Assembly: GCF_038025025.1 (NCBI RefSeq)
Contig: NW_027117348.1
Coordinates: 372,001-436,000, forward strand
Reading direction: 5' to 3'
Source: Phyllosticta citribraziliensis
Lineage: Eukaryota
DNA: 64,000 bases
This document shows positions 62,888 to 64,000 of this stretch, piece by piece. The notes beneath the pieces are model-generated. The model made no database searches and was not told the origin of the DNA. It was given only the letters and a program-made list of their open reading frames with translations. A program made the translations under genes and the position numbers. Positions within the stretch are counted from its first letter, which is position 1. Each line of letters starts with the position of its first letter.

Positions 62888-64000
62888 CTACCACAAATGC
62901 AGCATCTTGAGAACGTCGTGGCGCGCAAAGAAGGCCCTGTTGCGCTTGCCAAAGACATCTGTCGAGGTCAGTACGGTCTTGGATTTTGAGACGGGACGGG
63001 TACTCACACATCAGTATCGTCGTAGCGCAGACGACGACTTGGACGCTCGCGACGGCCGTGAAGACGGGCTTGACGCCCGCAGCTACCAGCCAATCATACG
63101 CCTTCCACGTCAGGGCGAAGCAGAAGATGTTCTTAAACACCATCTGGGCGGTAAACGCCTCGACGGCGAGCTCGCGGTGCGCATCAACCACATACAGAGC
63201 CGACGCGACAGCGCCAATGACCATGCCAGCCACCACGAGGGCGAAGAAGAAGTCGGGCCAGAACCAGCCGTAGCGCGGCGTGTCCTCGCTGACGATGCCG
63301 AAGCCGTAGAGGCCGGCGCAGCCGAGGACGAACTGCGGCACGACGAGGACGGTGCGGAACTCTGGCTCGTAGACGCCCTTGTTGGCGCGGGCCATGGCGC
63401 GCGGGACGCTGTCGGCCAGGACGCCCGCGAGCCCGAAGCCCGCCAGCGCGCCGATGAAGGCGCCCGTGTACATGTAGCCCGTCTGGACTTCGGTGAAGAA
63501 GAGCGGCGGGCCGAGCATCACGGCCGCGAGCACCACGCCGATCATGACCGTCCAGCCGATGAGCACGCCCTGGATCAGACACGACCAGAGGATGCCTGGG
63601 TGCAGGAAGAGCGGGAATGGCCGCAGGAGCAGCTTGATGAACGAATCGTCAGACTTGCGGCCGTTGAAGGGCCGCAGCGTCGACAGGTACGTTGCTTTGG
63701 GCGGGAAGCGAGGCGACGCTCCAGCTTCAGCGGAAACGGCGTCAGGGGCAGGCGGCGCTGCGGCAATGTGGTGGTAGTCGTGCTCGCTCGGTGCGTTTCC
63801 CTTGTCCATGGATGCCGTGTCCTCGCGGCTGCGCGAGAGCGAATCCTTGCGGTCACTGTCCTGCTCAACCCTCAGCGAAGGGGCCTCCAACTCGTGGCCC
63901 GTCTCCTCCCCAAGCCCAATCCCGCCGGTGCGAGACTCGTTCGCAGAGCTCTGCGCAAAGTCGGTGTTGAGCTTGTTGGAGCGCACATAGGCCGTCTCGG
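62888..64000 (-). CDS. MFS transporter, C-terminal half (5' end outside the window)
   Basis: Has multiple TM helices and the motifs LLRPFPLFLHP, NKGVYEPEFR and YVVDAHR. Intron 62959-63007 gives YVFGKRNRAFFARHDVLKMLHLW*. Confidence 0.92.

Overview
This is a filamentous ascomycete window. The ITS2 resembles Phyllosticta/Botryosphaeriales sequences as I recall them, which needs BLAST confirmation. It has three zones. (1) 1-2422 is an un-RIPed partial rDNA unit on the minus strand (5' part of 28S, ITS2, last ~10 nt of 5.8S) that is cut off abruptly. (2) 2423-~18300 is an AT-rich block mutated by RIP (repeat-induced point mutation). It holds a 5'-truncated Ty3/Gypsy chromovirus (+) whose 3' LTR is interrupted by a complete, younger chromovirus (-; 205-bp LTRs, GGTAT target-site duplication, Tf1-type 11-nt self-priming signal). 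Unclassified RIPed gene relics and a RIP gradient follow. (3) ~19300-64000 is a GC-balanced gene region. It encodes a secreted zinc deaminase next to a 2OG-Fe(II) dioxygenase, a probable Mutator relic, old yellow enzyme, a secreted 7x17-aa repeat protein, a stand-alone RNase H and a degenerate HMG-box-like protein. It continues with a Net1/Dnt1-like protein with a Myb domain, S10 carboxypeptidase, alpha-carbonic anhydrase, a GPI mucin and an F-box-like protein. It ends with mitochondrial S13, cyclophilin B with two alternative C-termini, Ded1 and a partial MFS transporter. Gene models were spliced by eye and no database searches were run.
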